Source: Halobacteriovoraceae bacterium
GTDB taxonomy: Bacteria > Bdellovibrionota > Bacteriovoracia > Bacteriovoracales > Bacteriovoracaceae
Direction: 5' to 3'
DNA length: 64,000 bases
NCBI GenBank assembly: GCA_002711995.1
Contig: PASN01000012.1
Span: forward strand, 15,155 to 79,154
The notes under the pieces were generated by a model. The model had not been told where the DNA came from. It did not search any database and saw only the letters and a list, made by a program, of their open reading frames with translations. Positions 9,677 through 18,281 of the stretch are shown in pieces. Position numbers and translations under genes: made by a program. Numbering within the stretch: the first letter of the stretch is position 1; each line of letters begins with the position of its first letter.

Positions 9677-10003
9677 TTAAGAAATGGGAGGGCGGTTGAC
9701 TTCTGAAAGTATATTTTTAGGTGGCTTAGAATTAAACAGAATAAAAGAATTATTCAGGGGTACGAACTTAATTTCTAACGAGCTCTTAACCTGGTCTAAA
9801 GTAACAAGGTGAGAGTGCCCATGATGACAATGACAGTCTCCATGGTTATGTTCTTCGTTACTTCCGTTCGTCTCACTTAGATCTTGAGAATGATCAATTT
9901 CTACTGACTGGCACTCTGCTATGGAGACAGCAAAACTCGTCTCATCTGTATGAGTGAAATCATTCACTATAAACATTAATAAAAACAAACAGATAAAACG
10001 CAT
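9677..10003 (-). CDS. small secreted His/Cys-rich protein (putative periplasmic metal binder), first gene of the efflux operon
   Basis: 108 aa with a signal peptide and a NEEHNHGDCHCHHGHSH cluster. Confidence 0.45.
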   Translation of the reverse strand: MRFICLFLLMFIVNDFTHTDETSFAVSIAECQSVEIDHSQDLSETNGSNEEHNHGDCHCHHGHSHLVTLDQVKSSLEIKFVPLNNSFILFNSKPPKNILSEVNRPPIS

Positions 10004-10192
10004 ACACCCATCATATATTAATGTTGGACTTTAAACAAACAATTTGAAAATAGTTCACAACACTTTTAAATGTAAGTCATATGTCAAAGAGGTTCAGAAG
10101 TCAAACAAGACTATGTCCTGATGTTTCTACTGACACTTTTGTCTAACTTAAACCACCCAACCTAAAACATTTTACATAAAGTACAGCCTGAT

Positions 10193-11221
10193 CTAAATAT
10201 TTTGGTGATATATGCTGCAATTTTCTGAATTAAGCTCAGTTTCGACAGTAGAATGCTTAAATTGGTAAGGGGCCAACACCTTTCGTATTTTATTCTTGGC
10301 CTTTATGTATTCTTTAAAGTTTTCCATATTTCTTAGAACCAAGTGTGTTGTAAAAACATGGTCCTCTCCATCAAGGGACCATATATGTAAATGGTGAACA
10401 CTCTCGACGAAGTCCAAATTTAAAAGCTCCCTTTCAATGGACTCAGCAGACATATCATCAGGTACTCCCTGCAAAAATATGGCAATGGTTTCCTTAAGTC
10501 TTTTTATCACATTCCACAGAATGTACGCCGTGATAAAAAGAGCTAAGGCCGGATCGAGATAATGAATATCTTTAAATTTAAGAATGATCCCGACTATTAA
10601 AACTGCCGTCCACCCGAGGACATCTTCCAACAGATGCCAACTGACAACCCTCTCGTTTAGTGATTTTCCACTACTCACTTTCCAGGACGCATAACCATTA
10701 ATCACAACTCCTACGATTGCAAATGCAATCATCCCCCCAGCGTCTGAGTGTTCTGGCCTAAGCATTCTTCCAACGGCTTCAGAAATAACGAATATTGACC
10801 CTGCTAATAGCACAAGACTGTTAATTAGAGCGCCTAATAATGAAAACCGAGTATACCCAAAAGAGAAGGTTTCATTGGCTCCTTGTTTTGATTTTTTTCC
10901 TAAGTACCAGGCAATTCCTAATGACAGGCTGTCCCCCAAGTCATGAAGGGCGTCGGAAATTATGGCGACACTATTAACAAAATATCCGCCGATAAATTCC
11001 AAAATGGTAAAGCCAACATTTAAAAAGAAAGCAAGCTTTAGATTCTTTTCTGTCATCTCTTGAGAGTGATTGTGTGCCAAAATAGCTCCTTGTTTCAAGA
11101 GTTTAGCAAGTGCTTCTCGGAGATGCCAAAGGCAAGGCCGCATTTTAGCTAGACTTAAATGTTGGACAAGATCATCCGTGGAAGCAATTAGGTTGCAAAG
11201 GTAAAGAGAGTCTTTACCCAA
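10193..11221 (-). CDS. czcD: cation diffusion facilitator (CzcD/ZitB-like) metal efflux transporter
   Basis: CDF signatures SVAIISDALHDLGDSLSL (TM2 HxxxD) and WHLLEDVLGW (TM5), plus a C-terminal cytoplasmic domain. The start is ambiguous: TTG 11221 (track), ATG 11143 or ATG 11056. Confidence 0.8.
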   Translation of the reverse strand: MGKDSLYLCNLIASTDDLVQHLSLAKMRPCLWHLREALAKLLKQGAILAHNHSQEMTEKNLKLAFFLNVGFTILEFIGGYFVNSVAIISDALHDLGDSLSLGIAWYLGKKSKQGANETFSFGYTRFSLLGALINSLVLLAGSIFVISEAVGRMLRPEHSDAGGMIAFAIVGVVINGYASWKVSSGKSLNERVVSWHLLEDVLGWTAVLIVGIILKFKDIHYLDPALALFITAYILWNVIKRLKETIAIFLQGVPDDMSAESIERELLNLDFVESVHHLHIWSLDGEDHVFTTHLVLRNMENFKEYIKAKNKIRKVLAPYQFKHSTVETELNSENCSIYHQNI

Positions 11222-11712
11222 GGTCTTTAACCTCGTTCCCTGAGCCCTTTATTTATATTGTCTTCCACAACGGTCCGTAATTACAATTCGACAGTAAAGG
11301 GTAAAAAAGCAAACTTAATTGTTTAAGACAAGTCTTAGGCAACCTAGCCCACCCGACAAATAGGAAAGCTGCAATAGGCCAAACCAATTTACCGTTAATA
11401 GCTCATGACACCATTTTACGCTAACCACACTTAACACTATTTTTGACGCCCAATGCATCCCCAAGAAGTTGATTTTGTAGAAAATTTTTAATCGATCCTC
11501 CAAGACGGTAACTAAAAAATCACTTAAGAAATTAACAAACACGAAGCTCAAATTCCGATAATTCACATTACATCTTATTTAAGAATCTAAGGTAAAACCC
11601 TTACCATTTATCTTTTACACATTGACGCACTTAAAAATTATCATCCTGATAACTCTATTATTTAAAGAATAAAAATTTGCAAATTTATCCAAGATTTGGT
11701 TTACCGGTTTCA

Positions 11713-13067
11713 ATGAATGAAAATGAAACATCTATTTTATTAGTCGAAGATGATCCGATAACTCTTCAGCTTCACAAGAGGCTGCTCTCTGCATATGGAA
11801 AGGTGTATAGTGCAAAATCTTTTGACGCAGGAAAAAAGCTTATGTCTGAAAAGGATTTTGACCTAGGTTTTTTTGATCTTAACTTAGATGGAGAGCTAAA
11901 GGGTATTGAACTACTGGCACTGGCTCAAAATCACAAAGTTTATCCAGTGGTTGTATCTGGGGAAAGCCAAGATGAAGTACTAGAGAAAGCATTTCTAGAA
12001 GGTGCAAAAGATTATCTCATAAAGCCATTTAGTAAAGAAAAGTTAAATCATGTAATGGGAGGTTTTTTAATAATAAAAGACATGTCGAGTTTGAAGGCCT
12101 GATAAACAACAGTTTTATTACAAAGTCCAAAGAACAAACCGATGAGATTTACAAGATCAAGAATCTTGCCATCTCGTCAAAGCCAATTTTCATAAACTGA
12201 GAAACGGGTACTGGAAAAAGAGTTGTCTCTCACCTGATAAAGGATATTTGCCAAGCAAGCCCTTTCATCGAGATTAATTGCTCCCAATACTCTGAGAATC
12301 TTTTAGCCAGTGAGCTTTTTGGCCACAAAAGAGGTTCCTTTACCGGTGCAAATAGTGAAAAGAAAGGTCTTCTGGAAATCGCTGATGGCGGGATTGTATT
12401 TTTGGATGAAATTCATGCCCTTTCACTGAACTCCCAAAAAACATTATTAAAGGCTTTGGAGGAAAAAGAGTTCTATCCTGTAGGCTCCAATAGGCCAGTA
12501 AAGTCGAACTTCAGAATTATCACCGCGACTTGTGAAGACATTCAAGAAATGATCAATAAAGGAGAATTCAGAGAAGACTTGTTTGGCAGAATCAGTACTT
12601 TCCAGATCAACCTTCTTCCTTTACGAGAAAGAAAAGAGGATATTTTATTGCTTCTTGAGTATTTCATCTCTAAGCACTTAGTCCAAATCCTCCTTACAAG
12701 CGAGGCTAAGAAAATTCTTAAGGAGTACTCCTGGCCTAGAAACACGAGAGAAATTCAAGACTTGGTAGAAAACTGGATTGTCGAGGGGCACAGACTAATC
12801 ACGCCCGAAGTGATCCCCTCCCACATTAAAAATAATACCTCCCTAAAAAATAAAATGAATCTGGACGCCTATTTGGATATGGTAGAGGCCCACGGCCTAG
12901 GCGACGTTCTAGTCCACTTAAAAAAAGAACTCGTATTAGGAATGATAAAGCGAAACAAAACCATGAAAAAGGCTGCTGAAAAAATGGGCGTTTCGTACCC
13001 AAGCCTTAGTAAGTTTATGAAAAACAATCGAGATAACAGAATTTCAACTAAAGGACAGGGATTATGA
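11713..13067 (+). pseudogene. sigma54-dependent NtrC-family response regulator, disrupted by a frameshift and an in-frame TGA
   Basis: The receiver domain (ILLVEDDP...FFDLNLDG...KPF) is in frame 1 and stops at 12100-12102. The AAA+ domain continues in another frame, which is open from 12036: FEGLINNSF...SSKPIFIN*ETGTGK, with TGA at 12198-12200 where the Walker A Gly is expected. Then GAFTGA-like GSFTGA, DEIHALS, and a C-terminal Fis-type HTH (MKKAAEKMGVSYPSLSKFMK). Confidence 0.7.
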
Positions 13068-13261
13068 AATACGCATACCAGGCCCAACATGACCTTAAGA
13101 GCGATATTCACAATGTCCTAACTCTTCTGAAATTCATCCGAGAAGATGAGGAACTCCAAGACCCTATTCTCATGACCATGCTCGAAAAATGTCTTGAGAG
13201 AGAAGGCCGGATAAATCAAAATCTCGAAACACTGAAAGAAACAATAAAGGATAATGAATGA
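13064..13261 (+). CDS. 65-aa helical protein with a histidine-kinase H-box-like motif (stand-alone DHp-like?)
   Basis: QAQHDLKSDIHNVLTLL resembles HisKA H-boxes (compare AHDIRSPLEAL in the kinase two genes downstream). ATGA start/stop overlaps occur on both sides (13064-13067 and 13258-13261). Confidence 0.45.
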   Translation: MKYAYQAQHDLKSDIHNVLTLLKFIREDEELQDPILMTMLEKCLEREGRINQNLETLKETIKDNE

Positions 13262-13752
13262 AACACTACGAAGAAGTTATTAAAAAGCTTGATTTAGTTC
13301 CTCTTCCAGAGGAAGGAGGATTCTTTAGAGAAACTTATCGCTCTAACAGAGTGGTCTCCAGTGAGGAGCTTGGCGAGAAATGTGAATCCACTGTCATATA
13401 TTACTTGATAACAGACGATAGCTTTTCGGCTCTTCACTTGGTGGATATGGATGAGGTTTTCCACTTCTACGCCGGCTCTCCGGTAGAGATGTTTCAAATC
13501 AACGAAAAGGGAGAAGGCTCTAAAATTACTATTGGCAATGACATCTTTAACGATGAAATACCGCAGGTCATAGTTCCACATGGCGTTTGGCAAGGAACCA
13601 AACTCAAAGATCCTAAAGAAGGAGATTGGGCCTTACTAGGCTGCACCGTCGCCCCAGGTTTTGAAATTGAAAATTTTCACATCAAAAACAGAAAAGAGCT
13701 GTGTATAGAGTTTCCTCATTTAGCAGAAGATATCGCAAGGTATACTAATTAG
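13258..13752 (+). CDS. DUF985-family cupin
   Basis: PEEGGFFRETYRS, YYLITDDSFSALHLVDMDEVFHFYAGSP and LLGCTVAPGFEIENF match my memory of the cupin_5/DUF985 pattern. Confidence 0.7.
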   Translation: MKHYEEVIKKLDLVPLPEEGGFFRETYRSNRVVSSEELGEKCESTVIYYLITDDSFSALHLVDMDEVFHFYAGSPVEMFQINEKGEGSKITIGNDIFNDEIPQVIVPHGVWQGTKLKDPKEGDWALLGCTVAPGFEIENFHIKNRKELCIEFPHLAEDIARYTN

Positions 13753-13755
13753 AAA

Positions 13756-16122
13756 ATGAGAAGTTATTTAAAGATCTACCTATTGTTCTTGATCCCCTCC
13801 TGCTTGGCCTTAAGCTTTGGCTTTTACTATAGCTACGAACAGGAAGTGGGAAAAACGGTAGGCAGCTTTAAGGAGAAGTACGATCGCCTCACCAAAGTAT
13901 ACGCAGATCAGATAATCGAGATCGAGAAATCCTACGAGCAGCTAATGCGAAACTCTCTTTTGGGAATCCAGCAAGAGATAAAATCTAAGGACATCTCAAA
14001 ACAGGGACTACAGAGGGTTGCCAACAAATATAGGGTTTCCCACTTGTTTCTCATAAACAGTAAAGGCGACTTCATCAAATCCACCAATGAGGACCCGACG
14101 AAGATCCCAAACCTTTTCACGTTCTCCCAGGATTACAAGGAACTTAAGAGCGAAAAAGGAGCTTATCTTACCACGCCGATCATTATTCCCTTTCCAGAGA
14201 AGACACCACATAAGTTTCTAACCATATGGACAGGAAAGTTCTTCATTGAGGTTGGCGTTCAAATAAATGACATTGCACAAAATCTTTCAAGCATCCTTCA
14301 AAGAGACGAGAATATTTTAAGAGCGGAGCTTCTGATTGGAAAAACGCCATTTTCGGTGAAGGTAAAGGATGAAAAAGCAAAAGACCCTTTAAGTTTCATA
14401 AAGAAAATCGAATTAAAGAACCCTTTATTTACCCAATCTCTGGGGGAAGCTTCTCATCGTCACTCTTTGCAATTTAAAGTCTCTAGAAGGGAATTAAATA
14501 AGGCCATTAGCGGTATTCAACACAGGTACATCACAAACTTCTTGCTCACACTGGGTTTAATTGTTCTGCTCCTGTATTTGGCCACGAGAATTCTTCGTCG
14601 AACTATCAAAAGAATCACTTCCAATATTTTTGAAATGGCTAACGAAGAGGATTACAACAACAACCTCCGGGCGTTAACAAAGAACCAGGACTTTGAAAAA
14701 CTCATTCAGGCCATCAATAAACTTCTTAAAGGATATAGACAGTCCTCGGAAGAAAACATCAAGTCAGAAAGAAATCAGGCATACCAAAGCATGGCCCGAC
14801 AAGTTGCCCACGACATTAGGTCTCCTTTGGAAGCTCTAAAGTCGTCAAAAGAGGAATTATCCTCCCTTCACGAGCAGGATCGCTTGAAGTTAACGGCCGC
14901 TATAAACCGCATTGAGGAAATTGCATATAACCTTCTCCAATATCGTGGGAAAGATCAGAAGCCGAAATACAAAGAACCCGTTAATATTTATACAACAGTC
15001 GAAAGCATTGCCATCGAAAAGAGGATGCAATACCGAGCTAGTTCGGACCTTCATATTAAGAACCTGTTGGGTTCACATATATTGGATGCCTTTGTAAGCA
15101 TTTCCCAAGAAACATTTAAGCGCATCCTATCTAATTTGATCACAAACAGCGCCGAAGCTCTTAAGCTGAATGGAAAAATCCAAATATCAGCCCATAAAGC
15201 CAGTAATAATATTGAGATTTTGATCAAGGACAACGGGCCAGGAATATCCGAGACCATTAGAAGCGAAATAACTAAAGAAGGTTTTACCACCAAAGAAGGG
15301 GGAAGCGGTTTGGGCTTGGCCCATGCTAAAATGGAAGTTGAAAAATTAGGTGGAAAATTAAAAATTCACTCCAGTCCAGGAGGAACAACTGTTACATTAG
15401 TCCTTCCGCTTTCTGAACCCCCATCCCACTTCTTGACAAGCCTAAATTTGGGACGAGTAAATAAGGTGATAGTTTTGGACGACGATTCTACAATTCACCT
15501 TATCTGGAAAGAGCGATTGAAAGACGCCTCTTTAGAACTTGAACACTTTTACAACGGGAAAGACCTGCTTGAGGCCTATCAAGAAATCCCGAAAGATGCT
15601 CTACTGTTAAGCGACTACGAGCTTTTAGGAGAAGATCTTAACGGACTGGACTGCATAAATCAGCTTGCTTCCCCTTCTCGATCAATACTGGTCACAGCAA
15701 GAGCTGAAGAGTCTGAAATCATTTCTGCAGCGAAAGAGGTCGGCATCAAACTTCTATCTAAGGCATTAGCCCAAATCATTTCTATTGAGAAACAAGAGGC
15801 ACAGAAAAAAGACATAGTACTAATTGACGATGACGAATTAGTTCACATGAATTGGAAAAGAACCTTAGCCAGGAAAGGTATTAAGGCTCATACATTCTTT
15901 TCTGTAGATGATTTTCTAAGAGAGTCCCCCTCCTACTCTTTTGAAACTCCTATCTATATTGATTCAAATCTTGGAGAAGGATTAAAAGGTGAGTTTTTAA
16001 GTGAAAGTATAGCAGATAAGGGCTTTATAGATCTTCATATTCAAACAGGCTGTGACTCTTCCATCTTCACAAAACCTGAATGGATTAAATCCATCAAAGG
16101 AAAATCTCCTTTACATTTATAA
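13756..16122 (+). CDS. hybrid sensor histidine kinase with periplasmic sensor region and two C-terminal receiver-like domains
   Basis: Two TM segments flank a ~230-aa extracytoplasmic region. H-box QVAHDIRSPLEAL; N/G boxes (NLITNSAEAL, DNGPGI, GGSGLGLAHAK). Then VIVLDDDSTIH...LLLSDYEL and IVLIDDDELVH...IYIDSNL receiver-like modules. Confidence 0.8.
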   Translation: MRSYLKIYLLFLIPSCLALSFGFYYSYEQEVGKTVGSFKEKYDRLTKVYADQIIEIEKSYEQLMRNSLLGIQQEIKSKDISKQGLQRVANKYRVSHLFLINSKGDFIKSTNEDPTKIPNLFTFSQDYKELKSEKGAYLTTPIIIPFPEKTPHKFLTIWTGKFFIEVGVQINDIAQNLSSILQRDENILRAELLIGKTPFSVKVKDEKAKDPLSFIKKIELKNPLFTQSLGEASHRHSLQFKVSRRELNKAISGIQHRYITNFLLTLGLIVLLLYLATRILRRTIKRITSNIFEMANEEDYNNNLRALTKNQDFEKLIQAINKLLKGYRQSSEENIKSERNQAYQSMARQVAHDIRSPLEALKSSKEELSSLHEQDRLKLTAAINRIEEIAYNLLQYRGKDQKPKYKEPVNIYTTVESIAIEKRMQYRASSDLHIKNLLGSHILDAFVSISQETFKRILSNLITNSAEALKLNGKIQISAHKASNNIEILIKDNGPGISETIRSEITKEGFTTKEGGSGLGLAHAKMEVEKLGGKLKIHSSPGGTTVTLVLPLSEPPSHFLTSLNLGRVNKVIVLDDDSTIHLIWKERLKDASLELEHFYNGKDLLEAYQEIPKDALLLSDYELLGEDLNGLDCINQLASPSRSILVTARAEESEIISAAKEVGIKLLSKALAQIISIEKQEAQKKDIVLIDDDELVHMNWKRTLARKGIKAHTFFSVDDFLRESPSYSFETPIYIDSNLGEGLKGEFLSESIADKGFIDLHIQTGCDSSIFTKPEWIKSIKGKSPLHL

Positions 16123-16142
16123 ACGTTTTGTATTTTCCCTAA

Positions 16143-17081
16143 TTACTCGCAGCTATGTAGGTATGATTTGACCTCTCTAACAAAGTTGTAAGCATCTAAA
16201 CGGGTCCATGACTGATGTCTTCCAAAAAGGTATTTAAGCTCATTCACTTCACCCCATTCTTTACAAGTATCTTCCATTAGTAGAGCCAAGCTCAAATACT
16301 CTAAACAATTTAAGGTCATTTCTTTGTATTTTTCTTCCTTAAAAATGTGATCGGGTACATTCCAGGATAAGCACTCAATTAAAAATGAGGGTGCACTAGT
16401 TTTTAACATTCCCTTGTTCGCCATTTCTTTTTTTAGATTTTTCAATATCTTTATGAATGGTTTGTGTCTTTGCCCTGTATTTGAATTTTTTTTAACATGA
16501 TTATCATAGTTTTGTTGTGGCCAATTATAGATCATCCCGCTCTTTGACGCCAACGCAACGCCTTCACAGAAACTTGTTCTAGAAGAATATCTCTTGTGGG
16601 TGGCAAGAGCGACTACATCTCCGTCGACCCTACAAGTATTTGAATGAACCTTTATAGCTTTACTCCCAACTGTCACGTTTTGCCGATCAAAGTAACTTAC
16701 CATGGCACTGGCGAGATCCAGCTTAAAATCACTTAAAGTGTATGTCGCATCCACTAGCCCGAAGTCATCATCACTAAGACCCTCAGAATATGAATTGTAA
16801 TATAATGAATTCAATCTTACGCCTACATCTACATCGCTATCGCTTGGAATATTTATCCGGTTAGCATAAGAGCCTTTAATAAATATGGTGATGTCTCTAT
16901 TTTTTAAAGCATCTGATGACTTAATGGCATCCCTCACCATTCTTTCAGTGCGACTTATTTTATCTTGCTCGGTTGTAGACGGTGGCTTCGCCCATTTTCT
17001 AAGCTTCGCCTCAATACCAGCATGAGCTTTTTCCAGTAGCTCATCTAAAATAATATTAGAATCGTCATCAAATAAACCCAA
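16143..17081 (-). CDS. CD-NTase/SMODS-like nucleotidyltransferase (candidate CBASS cyclase)
   Basis: 312 aa. GS motif and acidic dyad IKGSYANRINIPSDSDVDVGV, a third acidic strand CRVDGDVVAL ~70 aa later, then NWPQQNYDNHVKKNSNTGQRHKPFIKILKNLK. TTG start at 17081, preceded by a perfect AAGGAGG SD. Confidence 0.65.
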   Translation of the reverse strand: MGLFDDDSNIILDELLEKAHAGIEAKLRKWAKPPSTTEQDKISRTERMVRDAIKSSDALKNRDITIFIKGSYANRINIPSDSDVDVGVRLNSLYYNSYSEGLSDDDFGLVDATYTLSDFKLDLASAMVSYFDRQNVTVGSKAIKVHSNTCRVDGDVVALATHKRYSSRTSFCEGVALASKSGMIYNWPQQNYDNHVKKNSNTGQRHKPFIKILKNLKKEMANKGMLKTSAPSFLIECLSWNVPDHIFKEEKYKEMTLNCLEYLSLALLMEDTCKEWGEVNELKYLFGRHQSWTRLDAYNFVREVKSYLHSCE

Positions 17082-17108
17082 GTTACCTCCTTCTTTATTT
17101 AATAGTGC

Positions 17109-17732
17109 TCACTCAAATACTTCAATTCGTCCTTTTTTAAAAAAATCAAAGTGCATTTCACCCTTTGTATTCCTATCAGTCCAATACTTCCCTATTAATT
17201 TACTACTTCCTCCTTCAACAATATCAAGAGAGCAAGCTCCATCGTGGGCAGAGCTGCGATCGTGGACTGAGACTCTGGGCTTATTTGTATAAACATAATT
17301 CAAAGTTTTGATTTGATTTTCTGAATCAACATTAATGGCAGAACTACTACTCCAACTTTTGGACTCTCTTGTCATCTGCACACAACTTAACTTTAATAGG
17401 CTTTGCTTAATAACGATGTATGCGTCGATTGGATCTGGAACTTCTCCAGTATCAGGGTTTCGCCAATTAGTTTGCAAGCTCCCCTTCCAAGTTCCGTTGA
17501 GATCGGGCACAACAACTAACCAACCTTTAAAAATAGGAAAGCGCCACCCCCACTTAACAAAAAAAATGAATAGAGGAGAAAGCCAGCCTACAACACTTGG
17601 TACTTCTTTAATCGCTTCCCAGCTACTTGGAACATCTATTCCTTTTAAAAAAAGAATAACAACCCAAACTAGAATTGAAGTCCCAACAATTAATCCTGTT
17701 GCCCACTTGAAATTTAGGCTTTGATTCACCAT
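17109..17732 (-). CDS. two-TM protein with beta-rich C-terminal domain (candidate Cap15 / S-2TMbeta-type CBASS effector)
   Basis: 207 aa. TM1 WATGLIVGTSILVWVVILFL and TM2 VVGWLSPLFIFFVKWGW, then a ~130-aa soluble Ser/Thr/Lys-rich domain. It lies 27 nt upstream of the nucleotidyltransferase gene on the same strand. Confidence 0.5.
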   Translation of the reverse strand: MVNQSLNFKWATGLIVGTSILVWVVILFLKGIDVPSSWEAIKEVPSVVGWLSPLFIFFVKWGWRFPIFKGWLVVVPDLNGTWKGSLQTNWRNPDTGEVPDPIDAYIVIKQSLLKLSCVQMTRESKSWSSSSAINVDSENQIKTLNYVYTNKPRVSVHDRSSAHDGACSLDIVEGGSSKLIGKYWTDRNTKGEMHFDFFKKGRIEVFE

Positions 17733-17832
17733 AGTTCCTTTACCCTTAAGCCCACAGATTAAGGCAATTTACTTTCTCTAATGATTGAGGGTGTGCACTT
17801 TCTAGCTTAAAACTCAACCCTTCAACGCCCAG

Positions 17833-17841
17833 GAGTATACC
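17833..17841 (-). promoter_or_regulatory. possible extended -10 element (TGgTATACT) for the effector/cyclase operon
   Basis: The minus strand reads ...ctttaTGGTATACTcctggg about 100 nt upstream of the ATG at 17732. The -35 is poor. Confidence 0.3.
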
Positions 17842-17945
17842 ATAAAGAATAAGAAGACTCTGCCTTAAGTTTCTTTAACCCCCTTTCTAATACTAGAAAA
17901 AGAAGTGAACCTTTTATATGCTTCTGCAAAACATATTCAAGAAAA

Positions 17946-18281
17946 CTAAACAAATCCTTCAAGCATAGCATGAACAGCCTTAAGCTTTTTCTTTTCAAGG
18001 CTTTTGATCATCTCGCAGCACCGTTGCTCAAGGTCAAAAATGGTGGTTTTTCCATTCAAAAAATCAGTCCAGTCCTCGTCTGAATAGTTTAAGGCTTCAA
18101 GAAATCTTTGAAGGTACTCTTCCGAAATTTTCTCAATCCTCCCATTCTCATAATGATTAACCTTCGCCTCTTTAACACCCATCATCTTTGCCAATTTGCG
18201 AATGCTGACACCTCTGGCATTGCGCATGTTCTTCAAAGCGTAATTGGCAGGCCCCATGATTTTGTAACGACTTCTTTTCAT
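17946..18281 (-). CDS. XRE-family helix-turn-helix transcriptional regulator
   Basis: 111 aa. ARGVSIRKLAKMMGVKEAKVNHYENGR is a classic Cro/C1-type HTH. Confidence 0.7.
   Translation of the reverse strand: MKRSRYKIMGPANYALKNMRNARGVSIRKLAKMMGVKEAKVNHYENGRIEKISEEYLQRFLEALNYSDEDWTDFLNGKTTIFDLEQRCCEMIKSLEKKKLKAVHAMLEGFV

Noticed and set aside
10004-10192. MerR/CueR-type long-spacer promoter upstream of the metal-efflux operon
   Set aside because: A TTGACA is present on the minus strand (~10083-10088), but I could not find a convincing -10 at 17-20 bp or a dyad operator, so there is too little support to annotate.
11315-11566. 83-aa minus-strand ORF in the 455-bp czcD / ntrC-like intergenic region
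   Set aside because: No SD, odd composition, and no motif. The region more likely holds divergent promoters, including a weak TCCGATAA box at 11554-11561.
12198-12200. TGA at the Walker-A glycine position as evidence for a TGA=Gly genetic code (code 25)
   Set aside because: TGA clearly functions as a stop elsewhere in the window (e.g. 12100-12102, 13065-13067, 13259-13261). Gene lengths would be absurd under code 25. A GGA->TGA point mutation is the simpler reading.
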